64,000 nucleotides of DNA. Source: Candidatus Levyibacteriota bacterium. Lineage in GTDB: Bacteria > Patescibacteriota > Microgenomatia > Levybacterales > UBA12049. Position numbers and translations under genes: made by a program. The stretch is taken from assembly GCA_016186645.1 (NCBI GenBank), contig JACPLF010000007.1, forward strand, positions 9,151 to 73,150. The letters run 5' to 3'. Below the pieces are notes generated by a model that was not told the DNA's origin, did no database searches, and saw nothing but the letters and a program-made list of their open reading frames with translations. Shown here piece after piece: positions 48,476-57,681 of this stretch (within the stretch, counting starts at the first letter, position 1; each line of letters opens with the position of its first letter).

Positions 48476-48991
48476 CAATGATTCCACCTGAGTTACCGTA
48501 CCATAAATATTTAGATAAATTCTTTGTAATTTAGAACTAGGATTATCTTGCAATTCTATAGTCAGAACTCCTGAAATTGTTCCGCTTAATTTGGAAAAAA
48601 TAACATCGAATCCGCTATTATTGAGTTGCATATTATTATCCAAATTTATTATGGAATTTCCGGAATCTTCCGGGGAATAAGTTGTTCCATGAAAAGTAAT
48701 ATATCGGTTTGAGTCAAAATGGATTCCGTATGAATCGTAAGATTCTCGTCCTTCCGTATCTCCGATCATTGATTTTAATTGCTGTTGTCTTAAATCTGAG
48801 ATCAATACATCCTGAGTTGAAGTTAAAGAAGCTGTTTGTTGAGAACGTATAAGATTTATTGTGATAAATCCCAATAGGGTCATGATTATTGACATTACAA
48901 TAATCATTTCAATCAGGGAAAAACCCTTCTGAAATGAGAAGTGAGAGATGAGAGTTGAAAGATTTCTAATTTTTGATTTCTCATTTCTCAT
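48473..48991 (-). CDS. minor pilin / pseudopilin with long leader
   Basis: MRNEKSKIRNLSTLISHFSFQKG/FSLIEMIIVMSII. Confidence 0.6.
   Translation of the reverse strand: MRNEKSKIRNLSTLISHFSFQKGFSLIEMIIVMSIIMTLLGFITINLIRSQQTASLTSTQDVLISDLRQQQLKSMIGDTEGRESYDSYGIHFDSNRYITFHGTTYSPEDSGNSIINLDNNMQLNNSGFDVIFSKLSGTISGVLTIELQDNPSSKLQRIYLNIYGTVTQVESL
48929..48991. repeat. heptanucleotide inverted-repeat cassette encoding the whole leader of the 172-aa pilin-like gene
   Basis: gaaatga gaagtga gagatga gagttga ... atttctc atttctc. Coding strand reads MRNEKSKIRNLSTLISHFSFQ. Confidence 0.8.
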
Positions 48992-48994
48992 TTT

Positions 48995-50050
48995 TTAACG
49001 TCCCCCAACTTGACCAATAAGTCCGTAAATAGGAGCAATAATAGCAAGCATCATTCCGCCAACCAATGCTCCGATTGCCACCAAAAGAATTGGCTCAAGA
49101 AGCGCAGTTGCAGTTTTTAATTTAGCTGACACTTGATAATCTAAGAACTCCGAAATTTCCGACATGGACTTATCTAATGATCCGCTTCTTTCTCCTGCTT
49201 CTGTGATTCTTATTATTATACTTGGGAAAACTTTTCTATTATTTTTGAACCCTTCCGAAAGTTTATGACCAGCTGCCACTGCTTCTTTTGCATGCCTTAC
49301 TCCCATTTCTACCTCATGACTCACAACAACATTTTCCGTTAATTCCAAAGCGCTTGTGATAGGTATACCTGCATTTAAAAGCAGATAAAAGTTTCTTGAA
49401 AATTTTGTCAGGTCAATGTCTTTTGCTAATCCTGATAAAATTGGGAGTTTAAAGATTAAATTTAACAGGAACTTCTTCTTTTTTTTATAAATAAAGAGTA
49501 TTAAGAAAGAAAATATTGCCAACCCCACAATTACAGGAATTGTTTGACTTAGTATTGCATTTGACATAAAAATTAATATTTGGGTAGGCAAAGGAAGATC
49601 AACCCGAAGTCTTGAAAAAACGCTGGAAATTTTTGGTACAACTACAATAAGAATCATAAGGAGGACTGCAAAAAATACAAAAACTATAAATAATGGGTAG
49701 ATTAAAGCAGATTTTATTTTATCTGAAAACTCCATGTCTTTTTTTAAATTTTCTTTTAAATCTTTCAGGGTAACATCCAGTGTTCCCGCCTCCTCCGATG
49801 CTTTAATAATACTTGTGGCAACTCTTGAGAAAACATTTGGAAATTTGGAAAAAGTAAAATATATATGTTTTCCCTGCGTTAAATCTTCTCTTAACACTTC
49901 TAGAAATTTTTTTTGATTTTTTCGGGAATCTTCCAACAATGCGTCAACTGCCTCCAAAAGCGGAATTCCGGCAGAAAGCATAGTTCCTAAATCACTTAAC
50001 ATGCCAAGCTTGTCGTTATTTGATAAAGTAATATTTTCTATTTTTGCCAT
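48995..50050 (-). CDS. pilC: type IV pilus platform protein PilC (GspF family, short form)
   Basis: GspF-domain topology with three TM segments and conserved cytoplasmic domain. Confidence 0.75.
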   Translation of the reverse strand: MAKIENITLSNNDKLGMLSDLGTMLSAGIPLLEAVDALLEDSRKNQKKFLEVLREDLTQGKHIYFTFSKFPNVFSRVATSIIKASEEAGTLDVTLKDLKENLKKDMEFSDKIKSALIYPLFIVFVFFAVLLMILIVVVPKISSVFSRLRVDLPLPTQILIFMSNAILSQTIPVIVGLAIFSFLILFIYKKKKKFLLNLIFKLPILSGLAKDIDLTKFSRNFYLLLNAGIPITSALELTENVVVSHEVEMGVRHAKEAVAAGHKLSEGFKNNRKVFPSIIIRITEAGERSGSLDKSMSEISEFLDYQVSAKLKTATALLEPILLVAIGALVGGMMLAIIAPIYGLIGQVGGR

Positions 50051-50058
50051 ATAATTTA

Positions 50059-50079
50059 CCCTGAGCGTTAGCCGAAGGG
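50059..50079. repeat. palindromic repeat CCCTGAGCGTTAGCCGAAGGG (pilC-pilB junction)
   Basis: Same core as 36373. Confidence 0.5.
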
Positions 50080-51735
50080 CTATTTATTCTGAATTTTCGT
50101 AACCCTTAACACTTCTTCAATTGTGGTTAATCCCTTCATCACTTTCTCAAGTCCATCATCCAACATTGTTGTCAAACCCTGCTCAATTGCTTTTTGCAAC
50201 AGGACATCAGAGTCCTGTCTTTTTGTTATTAAATCGCGTATGTCCTTTGTTACTTCCAATACTTCAAAAACTCCAATTCTCCCGGAATATCCGGTAAGAT
50301 GACAAATTTTGCAACCACTGCCTTGATAAATAATAATACTATTTTTCTCACCTATATATTTATTGATAATTTCTTGCGGTAAATTTTTCAAAAGTTCTTC
50401 TTTCGTAATAACTCTTGTGCCTTTGCACATCTCACAGATTTTTCTGACAAGTCTTTGAGCGATTATCACATTTACGGTTGAGGCAACCAGAAAAGGTTCG
50501 ATATTCATATCAATAAGGCGGGGAAGCGCAGTTGCGGCATCATTAGTATGAAGAGTTGATAAAACCAAATGTCCTGTCAAAGATGCATTTACAGCAATTC
50601 CTGCTGTTTCGCTGTCTCTAATTTCTCCAACAAAAATAATATTTGGATCTTGCCTCAAAATTGATCTTAACCCATTTGCAAAAGTCAGATTTGTTTTCGC
50701 ATTAACATTAATTTGATTAACTCCTTTTATCCTGTACTCGGCAGGATCTTCAATGGTTGTAATATTTTTTTCCCTGGTATTTAATATTTTTAAAATTGCA
50801 TAAATGCTCGTTGTCTTTCCGCTACCTGTAGGTCCTGTGGATAAAATCATACCGTAGGTTTTGCTATATGCATTTGTAACTTTTTTTAAATCTTTTTCAT
50901 TCATTCCAAGATCAATAAGTGAAAATTTCCTAAATTTTGAGGATAAAAGTCTTAATACTGCTTTTTCACCTTCTGTTACCGGCATTATAGAAACACGAAC
51001 ATCTATTTCTTCTTCTTCCAAATTAATCCTCATTTTTCCATCCTGAGGACTTAAATGCTCATCTGTCCTAAGACGGGACAGAATCTTTATTCTTGTTACT
51101 ATCTGGTCATGAAGACTTTTCGGCAAAAAAAGTACATCCTGTAAAATTCCGTCTATTCTAAAACGAACTAGAGAATTTTTTTCCTCCGGCTCTATGTGGA
51201 TGTCTGATGCTTTATCCTGATATGCATAATCTATCAGAAGATCAACTATTTTTGACATTGGTATTTCGCTAGTCTTTATTAACTGATCAAATGTTCTTTG
51301 CAGATCTTTTCTGTAGATTCTCAAAGTATTGGAAATATCCTGATCCGTTGCTAAAAAAACAATAACAGGCAAACCTATTTTTTTTGATATCATTGAAGTC
51401 AGCTCTTTATCCGAAGGGTCAACCATTGCAATCTTGACTCCGGCTGCATCTCTGGCAAAAGGAATTACCTTTTTCTTTCTCGCCATTTTCTCGGGAACTA
51501 TATTAAAAACATCAGGGGCAATTGTGGTCTTTGCCAAAACAATAAAAGGGACCTTTAGAAAATCTGAAATTAATATTCCCAGATTTTCATCCGATACAAT
51601 ATCTTTCTCAACCAGAGTTTCGGCAATAGTGTAACCCGCATTTTTAGCGTCTTCTTCAATTTGGGCAAATCCCTTTTCATCAATGAGGCCGTTTTTAAGA
51701 ACCAGAGATTTTAGCTGTTCATTTGTAACAAGCAT
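50080..51735 (-). CDS. pilB: type IV pilus assembly ATPase PilB (GspE family)
   Basis: Walker A GPTGSGKTT, Asp box, His box, tetracysteine CxxC..CxxC. Confidence 0.9.
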   Translation of the reverse strand: MLVTNEQLKSLVLKNGLIDEKGFAQIEEDAKNAGYTIAETLVEKDIVSDENLGILISDFLKVPFIVLAKTTIAPDVFNIVPEKMARKKKVIPFARDAAGVKIAMVDPSDKELTSMISKKIGLPVIVFLATDQDISNTLRIYRKDLQRTFDQLIKTSEIPMSKIVDLLIDYAYQDKASDIHIEPEEKNSLVRFRIDGILQDVLFLPKSLHDQIVTRIKILSRLRTDEHLSPQDGKMRINLEEEEIDVRVSIMPVTEGEKAVLRLLSSKFRKFSLIDLGMNEKDLKKVTNAYSKTYGMILSTGPTGSGKTTSIYAILKILNTREKNITTIEDPAEYRIKGVNQINVNAKTNLTFANGLRSILRQDPNIIFVGEIRDSETAGIAVNASLTGHLVLSTLHTNDAATALPRLIDMNIEPFLVASTVNVIIAQRLVRKICEMCKGTRVITKEELLKNLPQEIINKYIGEKNSIIIYQGSGCKICHLTGYSGRIGVFEVLEVTKDIRDLITKRQDSDVLLQKAIEQGLTTMLDDGLEKVMKGLTTIEEVLRVTKIQNK

Positions 51736-51753
51736 AGGGCAGTAATATATTTT

Positions 51754-52122
51754 TTAGCGCGAACTCATAACTTGATTAATTTTGGCTACCATACTATTAA
51801 AATCGAAAAATCCCTTATTGATATATCCATTGGCTCCCAGCTTTTGTGCATTCTCTACATCTTTTTCCTGACCAAGAGTTGAAAAAATGATAACCGGAAT
51901 TTTTTTCAAATTTTCATCTTGTGAGCGAGCTGCCAACACAGCAAATCCATCCATTTTCGGCATGATCATATCTAACAAAACTAAATCAGGAGGGCTATTT
52001 CTCATTTTCATTAATCCTTCCTGACCATCCCCTGCAACTTCAACTTCTACTTTATTTTCTTGAAGTTTTGTTGAGTAAAATTTTTGAAAAAATTTGTCAT
52101 CTTCAACAATTAATATCTTCAT
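51754..52122 (-). CDS. single-domain response regulator (CheY/PilH-like receiver)
   Basis: DD..D..K receiver residues (ILIVEDD, LLDMIMP, IIFST..K). Confidence 0.8.
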   Translation of the reverse strand: MKILIVEDDKFFQKFYSTKLQENKVEVEVAGDGQEGLMKMRNSPPDLVLLDMIMPKMDGFAVLAARSQDENLKKIPVIIFSTLGQEKDVENAQKLGANGYINKGFFDFNSMVAKINQVMSSR

Positions 52123-52127
52123 ATTTT

Positions 52128-52460
52128 TTAATTGTAATGCTGAACTTGTTTCAGCATCTCTCCTATTTCTTTGACCAAACTTTTAATGTTTGGAATAATA
52201 TCCGCAGTTAACTGATTGCTTCCCTTAAGCGAATCATTTGATGCGTTTTCAATATTCAAACAAATATTTGCAATATTGTTATATCCCATCACTTGGCTTT
52301 GGCTTTTTAGAGAATGAGAAGCTATATGTAAGTTATTCAAAGCTTCCTTATTGGAAACATCAGTAGACAACTCATTCAAACTTGTATGCATTTTTTTAAT
52401 ATATTCTCTCGCAGTCTTAATATAAATACTTTTATAACTTCCTAAGTCAATAGGTTCCAT
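52128..52460 (-). CDS. histidine phosphotransfer (Hpt) domain protein
   Basis: ASHSLKS phosphoacceptor-His motif in a four-helix protein of Hpt size. Confidence 0.55.
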   Translation of the reverse strand: MEPIDLGSYKSIYIKTAREYIKKMHTSLNELSTDVSNKEALNNLHIASHSLKSQSQVMGYNNIANICLNIENASNDSLKGSNQLTADIIPNIKSLVKEIGEMLKQVQHYN

Positions 52461-52514
52461 ATGGAAATAATACTACACTTGCCCTTCTCATTCAAGGTGT
52501 GATACTATCTTTTT

Positions 52515-52895
52515 ATGGACCCAAAGAGGATTTTGGTTGTTGAAGACGATTTATTTTTAAGAGAACTGTATACAGATATTTTATCATCCGAAGGGTATAA
52601 AGTAGAAGCTGCTGCGGATGGAGAAGAAGCTTTGCAAAAAATAAAAGTTGGAGGCTATGACATTATCCTTTTAGATATAATAATGCCGAAAATGGATGGG
52701 TTGGAAGTTATGAGGCAAGTACAAAGTAAGCCTCCACAAAATCCCAATAAGTGCGTCATCTTTCTGACCAATCTTGATAAGGATGAAGAAATAAAAAAAG
52801 CAATGCTATTGGGAAATGGATATTTGATCAAAAGCCAAATCACCCCAGGAAGTCTAGTTGAGGAAGTAAAAAAATATTTAGATAAATATAAATAA
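52515..52895 (+). CDS. single-domain response regulator (receiver)
   Basis: ILVVEDD, ILLDIIMPKMDG, T..K conserved. Confidence 0.8.
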   Translation: MDPKRILVVEDDLFLRELYTDILSSEGYKVEAAADGEEALQKIKVGGYDIILLDIIMPKMDGLEVMRQVQSKPPQNPNKCVIFLTNLDKDEEIKKAMLLGNGYLIKSQITPGSLVEEVKKYLDKYK

Positions 52896-52896
52896 C

Positions 52897-54354
52897 CTAG
52901 GCTGTTTTCAGAGTAAAACTAAATTTGGATCCTTTCCCTTCCCCTTCTGATTCCGCCCATATTTTCCCACCCATCAATTCCACTATGGATTTTGATAAAT
53001 ATAAGCCTAGTCCTGTTCCTTGTGAATTTTGCTTTACAAGATAATTATTTCCAACCATGGAAAATTTTTGGAAAAGCTTTGTCATATCTTCCCGGCCAAT
53101 TCCTTTTCCATTGTCTGCAACTGAAACAATTTCTGCCGCATCGTTCGGATTGTGGCTTATTTCAATTCTTATTGTCCCATTCTCCGGTGTAAATTTCAAA
53201 GAATTGCCAATTAAATTTATCAAAACCTGCTCAATCCTTTCCGGATCCGCCTGCACGAGAGGTAAAGACTGCAAAGGCCTTGCGAATTGCAAATTTATCT
53301 CTTGTTCTTGCGCTTTCGGCAGCATTTCTGTGTATACGGTATTTATTAACTCGGAAAGATCAATAGACTTCATGGCAAAAGTGAATCTTCCGGACTCGAT
53401 TCTGGAAACATTCAGCATATCATTCACCAGATTAATAAGTCTTTGTGTTGAGGTATAGGCTCTATCAATATACATTTTTTGTTTTTCTGAAAAAGAGGAT
53501 ATATTCTTTTTATCCAAGAGCATCCAAAGATAAGACTTAATAACAGTCATCGGAGTTCTCAGTTCGTGTGATGCCAAGGACACAAATTTATCTTTCAGCT
53601 TATCCAAATCTTGAAGTTTTAAATTCGCGAATTTTAACTGCTCTGAAGTTTTTCTTAAATTTGAATACAATATTGCATGTTCCATGGCGATACCTACTCC
53701 ATCTGCAAAATTCTGAATTATTGCAAGCTCATACTTCGTGAGATCTTCTTTTTTCTTTTTGGTACCAGCCACAAAAACTCCAATAGCAGTTTCCATACTT
53801 CCGTAAATAGGATAGACAACAGCAGTCTTTGTGCCAATTATATTTTGAAGATCTATTGCCTGGACTTCTGTTAATGGAGGACATAAAACATCGCGAAGAT
53901 TTTCTGTGATAAGAAGCTTGTTCTCCCTAACAACTTTAGCCATGTAATTGTTCTGGTCATTTAGGGAAACTCCTGTTTTGTTAAATGCTTCTGTTAACAT
54001 TTTTACTGACCCGTCAGCTTCTTGGATTGAAGATATTCCGACTCTTTTAATTGTCTGGCTGATTCTTTCAATAACCGCAACAATTCCCGTATTAAAATAA
54101 AGTTCGTTCGGAATTGTTTCCGCAATTTTTTGAATAACATCGTGAAAATTTAGACTTTGCAGAATAACTTTATTTAATCTCTGGCTTGCAATGAGCGCTC
54201 TATTTTGTTCACCCAAACTTATATCCGATTTCTTTTTTAGGGCCTTAACCATGCTGCTAATACCCAAAAGAAGAATAAAGACCATGAAGAGAACTGACAA
54301 AAGCAGAATTTGTGAGAAGGTTAATTCGGGCAGCATTATTTGATTATAGTACAA
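52897..54354 (-). CDS. sensor histidine kinase (TM anchor, GAF-like sensor, HisKA, HATPase_c)
   Basis: H-box LASHELRTPMT. N, G1, G2 boxes (ADNGKGI, GTGLGL). Confidence 0.85.
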   Translation of the reverse strand: MYYNQIMLPELTFSQILLLSVLFMVFILLLGISSMVKALKKKSDISLGEQNRALIASQRLNKVILQSLNFHDVIQKIAETIPNELYFNTGIVAVIERISQTIKRVGISSIQEADGSVKMLTEAFNKTGVSLNDQNNYMAKVVRENKLLITENLRDVLCPPLTEVQAIDLQNIIGTKTAVVYPIYGSMETAIGVFVAGTKKKKEDLTKYELAIIQNFADGVGIAMEHAILYSNLRKTSEQLKFANLKLQDLDKLKDKFVSLASHELRTPMTVIKSYLWMLLDKKNISSFSEKQKMYIDRAYTSTQRLINLVNDMLNVSRIESGRFTFAMKSIDLSELINTVYTEMLPKAQEQEINLQFARPLQSLPLVQADPERIEQVLINLIGNSLKFTPENGTIRIEISHNPNDAAEIVSVADNGKGIGREDMTKLFQKFSMVGNNYLVKQNSQGTGLGLYLSKSIVELMGGKIWAESEGEGKGSKFSFTLKTA

Positions 54355-54438
54355 ATATTTTCTGGATGTAAAATGAACAAGCTAAGCTGTTTTAAATCTT
54401 ATTGATTTATTTTTCTTTGCTCTGTATTCTAAGATAGA

Positions 54439-54666
54439 GTGAGAAAACAAAGAAAAAATAAAAATAACCTCCTACTGAAATTAAGGAGATTAAGATTTCA
54501 TCATCGGATAATATTTACTTTACTTGGAACAATGGGAATTGTATTAATTTGGCGGGGAACTTGGAATCTTTTTGATAAGACACCTTTACTTAATGATCCA
54601 TTAATATCAATTCTTGCAGGATTATTATTGGTCATTCTCTCTGGAATATTTTTTAAGTTAATTTAA
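54439..54666 (+). CDS. hypothetical small membrane protein
   Basis: Two predicted TM helices after a basic N-terminus. Confidence 0.3.
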   Translation: MRKQRKNKNNLLLKLRRLRFHHRIIFTLLGTMGIVLIWRGTWNLFDKTPLLNDPLISILAGLLLVILSGIFFKLI

Positions 54667-54716
54667 ATCCTGCACAGTTACTGCGTGGAGATGCGGCCGG
54701 TGAAAATAAGTAAAGC

Positions 54717-54830
54717 TTATTTCTGCTTACTAGAACCTTTGTAGAAAGCTATATAGACAAGGAGACCTACAATTAGAAGTAGCGCATATGCAATCATTAA
54801 TTTTACATTGAAATCGGCTAAATCAATCAT
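54717..54830 (-). CDS. hypothetical 37-aa membrane peptide (not in ORF track)
   Basis: MIDLADFNVKLMIAYALLLIVGLLVYIAFYKGSSKQK. ATGA start/stop overlap with the upstream 82-aa ORF suggests coupling. Confidence 0.25.
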   Translation of the reverse strand: MIDLADFNVKLMIAYALLLIVGLLVYIAFYKGSSKQK

Positions 54831-55071
54831 ATTTACTACCTTTCTTTCGTAATCTAAATGCTCCCATCAAGGACACTATAGCAAGGGTAATATTTCCTGT
54901 CAACAGTCCAAATTTTACCAGAGCATCTTTATTCTCTGCAAATGGAACAGTAAGGGTAAGACCAATCCATCCCGCAGACAGATTCACCAATATTTCTGAT
55001 ATAAGCTTAAACCAGAGACGGTCAACTCTCTTCATACCAACTACTGTATCAGACATCAACCAATGAATCAA
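54823..55071 (-). CDS. hypothetical small membrane protein
   Basis: 82 aa, two TM helices. Immediately downstream of fusA. Confidence 0.35.
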   Translation of the reverse strand: MIHWLMSDTVVGMKRVDRLWFKLISEILVNLSAGWIGLTLTVPFAENKDALVKFGLLTGNITLAIVSLMGAFRLRKKGSKYD

Positions 55072-55080
55072 CGCAAAAGT

Positions 55081-57192
55081 TTATTGAGCTGACACGCGGC
55101 CGGTGAAGGTAGATTTGGCAAGCATTTCTTCCTGAATATTTTTGGGTACTTCTTCATAATGAGACGGCTCCATGTAATAAGATGCGCGGCCTTTGGACAT
55201 GGAACGAAGTGTGGTCGCGTATCCGGACAATTCTGACAAAGGAACCAAAGACAGAATAATTGTTGCCCTGCTTCTTTCTTCTGTTCCTGAAATCTGCGCT
55301 CTTTTTGAAGACAAATCTCCGATAACATCTCCCATAAATTCATTTGGAGTGGTTACTTCAACTTTCATGATAGGCTCTAACAATGTTAGTCCTGCTTTTT
55401 TTGTAGCAGCTTGCAAAGCCTGAGATGCTGCAATTTTAAATGCAATATCTGAAGAGTCAACATCATGGTATGAACCGTCATAAACAGTCACATCCATATC
55501 AACCATTGGATATCCCAATAAAATTCCATTTCCCATTGTTTCTTTGACTCCTTTTTCAATTGAAGTTATAAATTCAGCGGGAATTGCTCCTCCTTTGATA
55601 GCATTTATAAATTCAAAACCTTCACCCCGCGGTTTTGGTTCGACCCGAAGAAAACAATGCCCATATTGTCCCCGTCCTCCGGACTGTCTGATGTATTTTC
55701 CTTCTCCCGTAGCCTCTGTTTTTATAGTTTCTTTGTAAGCGACCTGAGGCGCTCCGACATTTGCCTCGACACCAAAATCCGCTTTCATTGTATTTACTTT
55801 AACCTCCAGCTGTAATTCCCCGACTCCTGAGATAATTGTCTGACCTGTTTCATGATTTGTTTTAACCTGAAATGTCGGGTCTTCATCCATCAAGCGCTTT
55901 AGCGCATAGCCCAGTTTTTCCTGATCTGATTTTGTTTTGGGTTCTATTGCCAGAGAAATAACAGGTTCCGGGAAGGAAATTTTCTCCAAAACAATTGGTT
56001 GATTTGGATCGCACAAAGTGTCTCCGGTTGTGGTGTCTTTGAGTCCGACAATTGCCACAATTTCTCCAGCCTCTGCTTCTTTGATTTCTGTTCTTTCATT
56101 TGAGTGCATTAATAACAAACGTCCAACCCTCTCCTGTGAATTTTTGGTGCTGTTGTAAATATAGGTTCCTGCAGCAATTTTTCCAGAATAAATTCTAAAA
56201 TAAGTGAGTTTTCCAACATGAGGATCATTTTGGATTTTGAAAGCTAAACCTGACATTACTTCCTCAGGAACAAGTTTTCTAACTTCTTCGCTGCCATCTT
56301 TTGGATTTAATCCCTTAACTTGTCCTAAATCAACAGGAGATGGAAGATAATCAACAACTCCATCCAAAAGAATCTGTACTCCTTTGTTTCTCAAAGATGA
56401 TCCTGCAAAAATAGGAACCAATTTATATGCAATAACCGCGCGTCTTAATGCTGCCTTTAATTCCTGTACTGAAATTTCCTGACCGTTCAAATATTTATCC
56501 ATGAGTACATCGTCTGTTTCTGAAATTTTTTCAACCAGTTTTGCTCTATATTTCTCAATTTCCGGCCCCATTCCCTCAGGAATTTCGTCAGTTACTGTAA
56601 ACTTTGCTCCCAATTCTTCTCCGGTCCAAATAATAGATTTCCTTGTCAGCAAATCGTAAACTCCTTTGAATGTTGCTTCTGCTCCGATTGGCAAAACCAT
56701 AATTGCGGGGTTTGCTCCAAGCTTGTCTTCAATGCTTTTTACAGTCGCCAGAAAATCAGCTCCAAGTTTGTCCATTTTATTGACAAAACAGAGTCTTGGA
56801 ACTTTGTATTTATCTGCCTGTCTCCAGACTGTTTCTGATTGCGACTGCACTCCTTCTTCCGCATCCAAAACTGTGATTCCTCCGTCCAAAACACGAAGAG
56901 ATCTCTCAACTTCCGCAGTAAAGTCAACATGTCCCGGTGTATCAATAATATTTATTCTGTAGTCTTTCCAATATGCAGTTGTTGCGGCAGAAACAATAGT
57001 AATACCGCGCTTTCTTTCTTCTTCCATCCAGTCCATGACTGTAGTCCCCTCGTCAATATCGCCTATTTTGTAAGTTTTCCCCGTGTAGTACAAAATACGC
57101 TCTGTAGTTGTGGTTTTCCCCGCATCAATATGCGCAATAATCCCAATGTTTCTAATGTGATCTAGCTCAACTAATCTTTTATCCTCAGCCAT
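55081..57192 (-). CDS. fusA: elongation factor G
   Basis: AHIDAGKTTTTER, DTPGHVDF, full EF-G domain set. Confidence 0.97.
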   Translation of the reverse strand: MAEDKRLVELDHIRNIGIIAHIDAGKTTTTERILYYTGKTYKIGDIDEGTTVMDWMEEERKRGITIVSAATTAYWKDYRINIIDTPGHVDFTAEVERSLRVLDGGITVLDAEEGVQSQSETVWRQADKYKVPRLCFVNKMDKLGADFLATVKSIEDKLGANPAIMVLPIGAEATFKGVYDLLTRKSIIWTGEELGAKFTVTDEIPEGMGPEIEKYRAKLVEKISETDDVLMDKYLNGQEISVQELKAALRRAVIAYKLVPIFAGSSLRNKGVQILLDGVVDYLPSPVDLGQVKGLNPKDGSEEVRKLVPEEVMSGLAFKIQNDPHVGKLTYFRIYSGKIAAGTYIYNSTKNSQERVGRLLLMHSNERTEIKEAEAGEIVAIVGLKDTTTGDTLCDPNQPIVLEKISFPEPVISLAIEPKTKSDQEKLGYALKRLMDEDPTFQVKTNHETGQTIISGVGELQLEVKVNTMKADFGVEANVGAPQVAYKETIKTEATGEGKYIRQSGGRGQYGHCFLRVEPKPRGEGFEFINAIKGGAIPAEFITSIEKGVKETMGNGILLGYPMVDMDVTVYDGSYHDVDSSDIAFKIAASQALQAATKKAGLTLLEPIMKVEVTTPNEFMGDVIGDLSSKRAQISGTEERSRATIILSLVPLSELSGYATTLRSMSKGRASYYMEPSHYEEVPKNIQEEMLAKSTFTGRVSAQ

Positions 57193-57258
57193 AATAATAA
57201 AATCTCAAAAATCAAAGGTCAAAACTCAAAATTATCGCAGACTTGAGATTTGCCTTGT

Positions 57259-57283
57259 CCCTCCGAAGCTTTAGCGAAGGAGG
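57259..57283. repeat. GC-rich palindromic motif (fusA upstream region)
   Basis: CCCTCCGAAGCTTTAGCGAAGGAGG. Confidence 0.5.
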
Positions 57284-57681
57284 AAGATTTAAGATTTGAG
57301 ATTACAGAAAAGTATACCATATTTTGTGTGTCTATTCTACTTCTTCCAATCTTTCACTATCAGCTTTTTGCCTTTTGGGGTAACTGTGAGTTTTTGTTTT
57401 GCCCGCCAGCCTAGCTTGCGGATTAATTCAATGGGAAAAGTAATCCCAAAACTTTTCCCTGCAATTTTTGTAAGACTCCTAATATTTCTCTTCTCCGTTT
57501 TTCGTACAGGCATATCTAAAATATTATATATGTAATTAGTTACGTAATCAATTACATAATTTTTTTATTAAATTTATTAAATCAAGCATTTAACTATTGA
57601 CTGCGACCGCTGTATATTATTAAATGGCTAAATGATTGAAAAATTGTAAAAAGGCACGAGGCTTGTGATATAATTACAAAC

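Noticed and set aside
55068-55343. ORF 55068-55343 (-) alternative frame at the fusA 3-prime end
   Set aside because: Fully nested in fusA in another frame.
57296-57535. ORF 57296-57535 (+) upstream of fusA
   Set aside because: Hydrophobic low-complexity translation in the fusA/ppi intergenic region. Starts inside the GC palindrome. No SD.
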